Under the pieces are notes generated by a model. That model ran no database searches. It was not told where the DNA came from and saw only the letters and a list, made by a program, of their open reading frames with translations. 64,000 bases of DNA from Amoeboaphelidium occidentale (Eukaryota): the NCBI GenBank assembly GCA_023515795.1, contig JALGPX010000064.1, positions 1 to 64,000 of the forward strand, in the 5' to 3' direction. The first letter of the stretch is position 1, and every line of letters starts with the position of its first letter. Positions 61,207 through 64,000 of the stretch are shown here, in pieces. A program made the translations under genes and the position numbers.

Positions 61207-62400
61207 ATGACTGTGACTCAAATTCAAAGCAGCGAAAAGATATCATGCGCGTTATTTATGGCTAAGAAGAGGAGGAATTGTAAAATGCAACCTTTTCGCG
61301 GTGGAATGTATTGCGTTCAGCATTTAAATGCGAATGATGCCGAAAGCTCGGAAAACGATCAAGCTAAGCGGATACCATGCCCTTTCGATTCTAATCACAC
61401 CGTGTTCGAGGATCAATTAGAAAAGCATATGAAAAAATGCAATTCGAAGCCTCCCTCGGAGTACCCATTGTATTTTAAAAAGAATGTTAACGTGATATTG
61501 AAGGATCATGAAGAACAAGACGTAATACCACTGAAAGATCTTCCTTGCGAGGCAGTGGAGCAGTTTTTAAAGAAGATAGAACGGATATATGATCAAATTA
61601 AAGTTGATATAGTCGATAGAATAGGATCTTATGAAGGGCTGAACTTCACCTCCGAAAGACAAGTAAAGCACGCTGCGCAAATATCATCGATCATATCTCT
61701 ATTGCACCTCAATGATCTTTTAATACCTTCTGAGGAGACAAGCTTTATTGAATTTGGTTCAGGCAGAGGAGAATTATCATTTTACGTACATCAAGCAGCT
61801 AGCGATCATATGGCTGCGACAAACTCTAGCATCATACTAATAGACCGCTCGAGGGTCAAGCATAAGTTCGATAATCATATACCGAACTGTAAAAAAATCT
61901 ATATTGATATCAAGGACTTCAGTTTGAGTGATTACACAGAGAAAGAAGTTGTAGCATACAGCAAGCATCTTTGTGGTTCTGCTTCAGATTTATCAATAAT
62001 GGCACTTCTAGGTAGCAACTCAAAAAGTTATGATCATTTCAAAGGAGCTGTTATCGCGCTCTGTTGTCACCATAAATGCTCATTCAATACGTTCTGCAAC
62101 CAAGATATGTTACAAAGGTTTAATATTTCTCCTGAAGAATTTAAATACATGTCTGCTTGTGCTCCGTGGTACACAAATGGCATGCGAGATGGATTATCAC
62201 CAGAAGATGGAGCATTGAACCATTACACGAAAATTAGTTTGGGTGCTCGTTTTGAGTTTGGTTATAAATGCAAAAGGATTCTTGACAATTTCAGAATGAA
62301 ACTCCTTCAAGCAAAAGGATTTGATGCTACTTTAGTGAAATATTGCACACCTGAAACTTCGCTAGAAAATGTTTGTCTCATCGTAAAGCGTAAATCGTGA
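61207..62400 (+). CDS. TRM13: tRNA:m4X 2'-O-methyltransferase Trm13
   Basis: CCCH and CHHC Zn fingers, IEFGSGRGEL, KHLCGSASD, ALCCHH, TSLEN. Confidence 0.92.
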   Translation: MTVTQIQSSEKISCALFMAKKRRNCKMQPFRGGMYCVQHLNANDAESSENDQAKRIPCPFDSNHTVFEDQLEKHMKKCNSKPPSEYPLYFKKNVNVILKDHEEQDVIPLKDLPCEAVEQFLKKIERIYDQIKVDIVDRIGSYEGLNFTSERQVKHAAQISSIISLLHLNDLLIPSEETSFIEFGSGRGELSFYVHQAASDHMAATNSSIILIDRSRVKHKFDNHIPNCKKIYIDIKDFSLSDYTEKEVVAYSKHLCGSASDLSIMALLGSNSKSYDHFKGAVIALCCHHKCSFNTFCNQDMLQRFNISPEEFKYMSACAPWYTNGMRDGLSPEDGALNHYTKISLGARFEFGYKCKRILDNFRMKLLQAKGFDATLVKYCTPETSLENVCLIVKRKS

Positions 62401-62414
62401 TAAGTTTTCTAAAG

Positions 62415-64000
62415 ATGATGAATGCTTCTGCTTCACGAATAAAGCGAACGTTTTCTGTTCAACTGAGGCCCTACCAAGCAGAGTGCATCCGTGTATCTTT
62501 AGGGAAGCTGCAGCAGGGCGTCATGAGACAGGCCGTTTCTTTGCCAGGTATCTGCATGTAATCGAATAATAATTGATAGTAAAGTTGGTAGCGGCAAGAC
62601 TGTGATATTTTCTAATCTGGTTTCTCAAATACCCACCCCTACACTTAAGCCTAATGCGCATAAATGTCTGATATTGGCGCACCGAGAGGAATTAATACAG
62701 CAAGCTTACAATCATTTATGGAAGCATAATCAGGATAAGAGAATCGCACTGGAGCAGGGCACTAAGAGAGCAATAGTTGACGATGCAGATATCATCGTTG
62801 CCAGTGTACCGACACTCGGAAGGAAGGGTTCTTCGCGCTTACTTAAGTACGACCCTTCAAAGTTTAAAGCGATCATTGTCGACGAAGCGCACCACGCTGT
62901 TTCAGATTCTTACAAGCGTATATTTTCACATTTTGGTTTAATGAACGATGCAGCTGTAAGAAACGATCATACTCTACTATGGGGATGTTCCGCTACATTG
63001 TTGAGACACGATGAGAGACATTTGGCTGAAATTTTCGATGAGATTATTTATCATTTGGACTTGAAGGATATGATAGCGCAGAGTTATTTATCGGAATTCA
63101 AAGTGCACACTGTCAAAACTCAAATCAGCTTTGTTGATAAAGTGAAACGCAAGAATGGCGATTATGATGCAGAAACTTTAAACAAGGCTGTCAATACTCT
63201 AGAACGTAACTTGATGGTGGTAAAAGTTTATAAAGACATGGTAGAAAAGTATGATTTGAAGTCTACTTTAGTTTTTGCGGTGAATGTTGATCATGTTCAA
63301 AAGCTTGTTCATACATTTCGAGAACAGGATATTGCTGCGATCGGCTTAACGAGCGATACAGCGCGAGCTAAAAGGTTTCAAGCCATCAGGGATTTTAGAG
63401 AAGGAAAAGTTCCTGTTTTGGTCAATTGTGGAATATTGTGTGAAGGGACTGATATTCCGAACATCGATTCTTTAATTATGGCCCGACCAACGCTAAGTCC
63501 TATTCTTTATCAACAAATGCTAGGTCGTGGTTCAAGGCTCTCTCCTGGAAAAGATAAATGTCATGTGATTGATTTCGTGGATAATTGCTTAACTCATCCT
63601 CCAATGAATGTTCCAGCGTTGTTTAGAGAATGCAGTAATGAAGGGGATTCAGGAAAGAACATCTCTGTAAAATTGAATAAGAAAATACCGCTACAAAAAC
63701 CTGCGTACATTGAGGTTTTCCAGGATCTTGTGGAATGGCAGCTGTTTTCCGAGAAAGACTGGCTAGGCGTGCTTGCAGATTTCAAACACAAGTCTAGACT
63801 TTCTTGGCTTATTCATTCTTGCAACAACACACAACTTAAAGAAGCAGGACTTGACCTAGGAAAGGATGGGTATTTTTATTACAAGGAGAATGAAGAAAAT
63901 TTTTACTTAATCAACTTTGACTGGAAGAATAATATTTCATCCAGTGTTGCTTTTGATATTGGGCCAGGAGCCAGTTTTAATGCGGTTATGAAATATATGG
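62415..64000 (+). CDS. IRC3: Mitochondrial SF2 helicase Irc3, running off the window end; intron 62548-62584
   Basis: LRPYQ, VSLPVGSGKT, LAHREEL, IVDEAHH, SATL.RHD, EGTDIPNID, ARPT...QMLGRG.R; absent from the ORF track. Confidence 0.9.

Overview
Very gene-dense eukaryotic DNA with about 40 protein genes, 36-48 nt GT-AG introns, short intergenic spacers and the standard code (TAA/TAG/TGA are stops). Gene content (IQGAP, EHD, UXS1, MAGE/Nse3, Irc3, secreted F-box-LRR) suggests a compact early-diverging fungal relative such as an aphelid or rozellid; this is inference. Most of the window is housekeeping genes. Two OMEGA-type RNA-guided nuclease loci stand out. (1) The 3' end of a Fanzor1-like gene at 1-200 is followed by a strongly structured candidate omegaRNA (about 220-330). 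(2) A pseudogenised Fanzor2/IS607-TnpB-like gene lies on the minus strand (22940->20789) inside a ~2 kb transposase-free element with piggyBac-type ends (TTAA|CCT...AGG|TTAA). Its omegaRNA region is present as two diverged copies that show a compensatory base-pair change. Ten N-gaps are flanked by near-identical overlaps that look like uncollapsed haplotype/contig overlaps rather than real tandem duplications. All gene names come from motif recognition by eye, not database searches.
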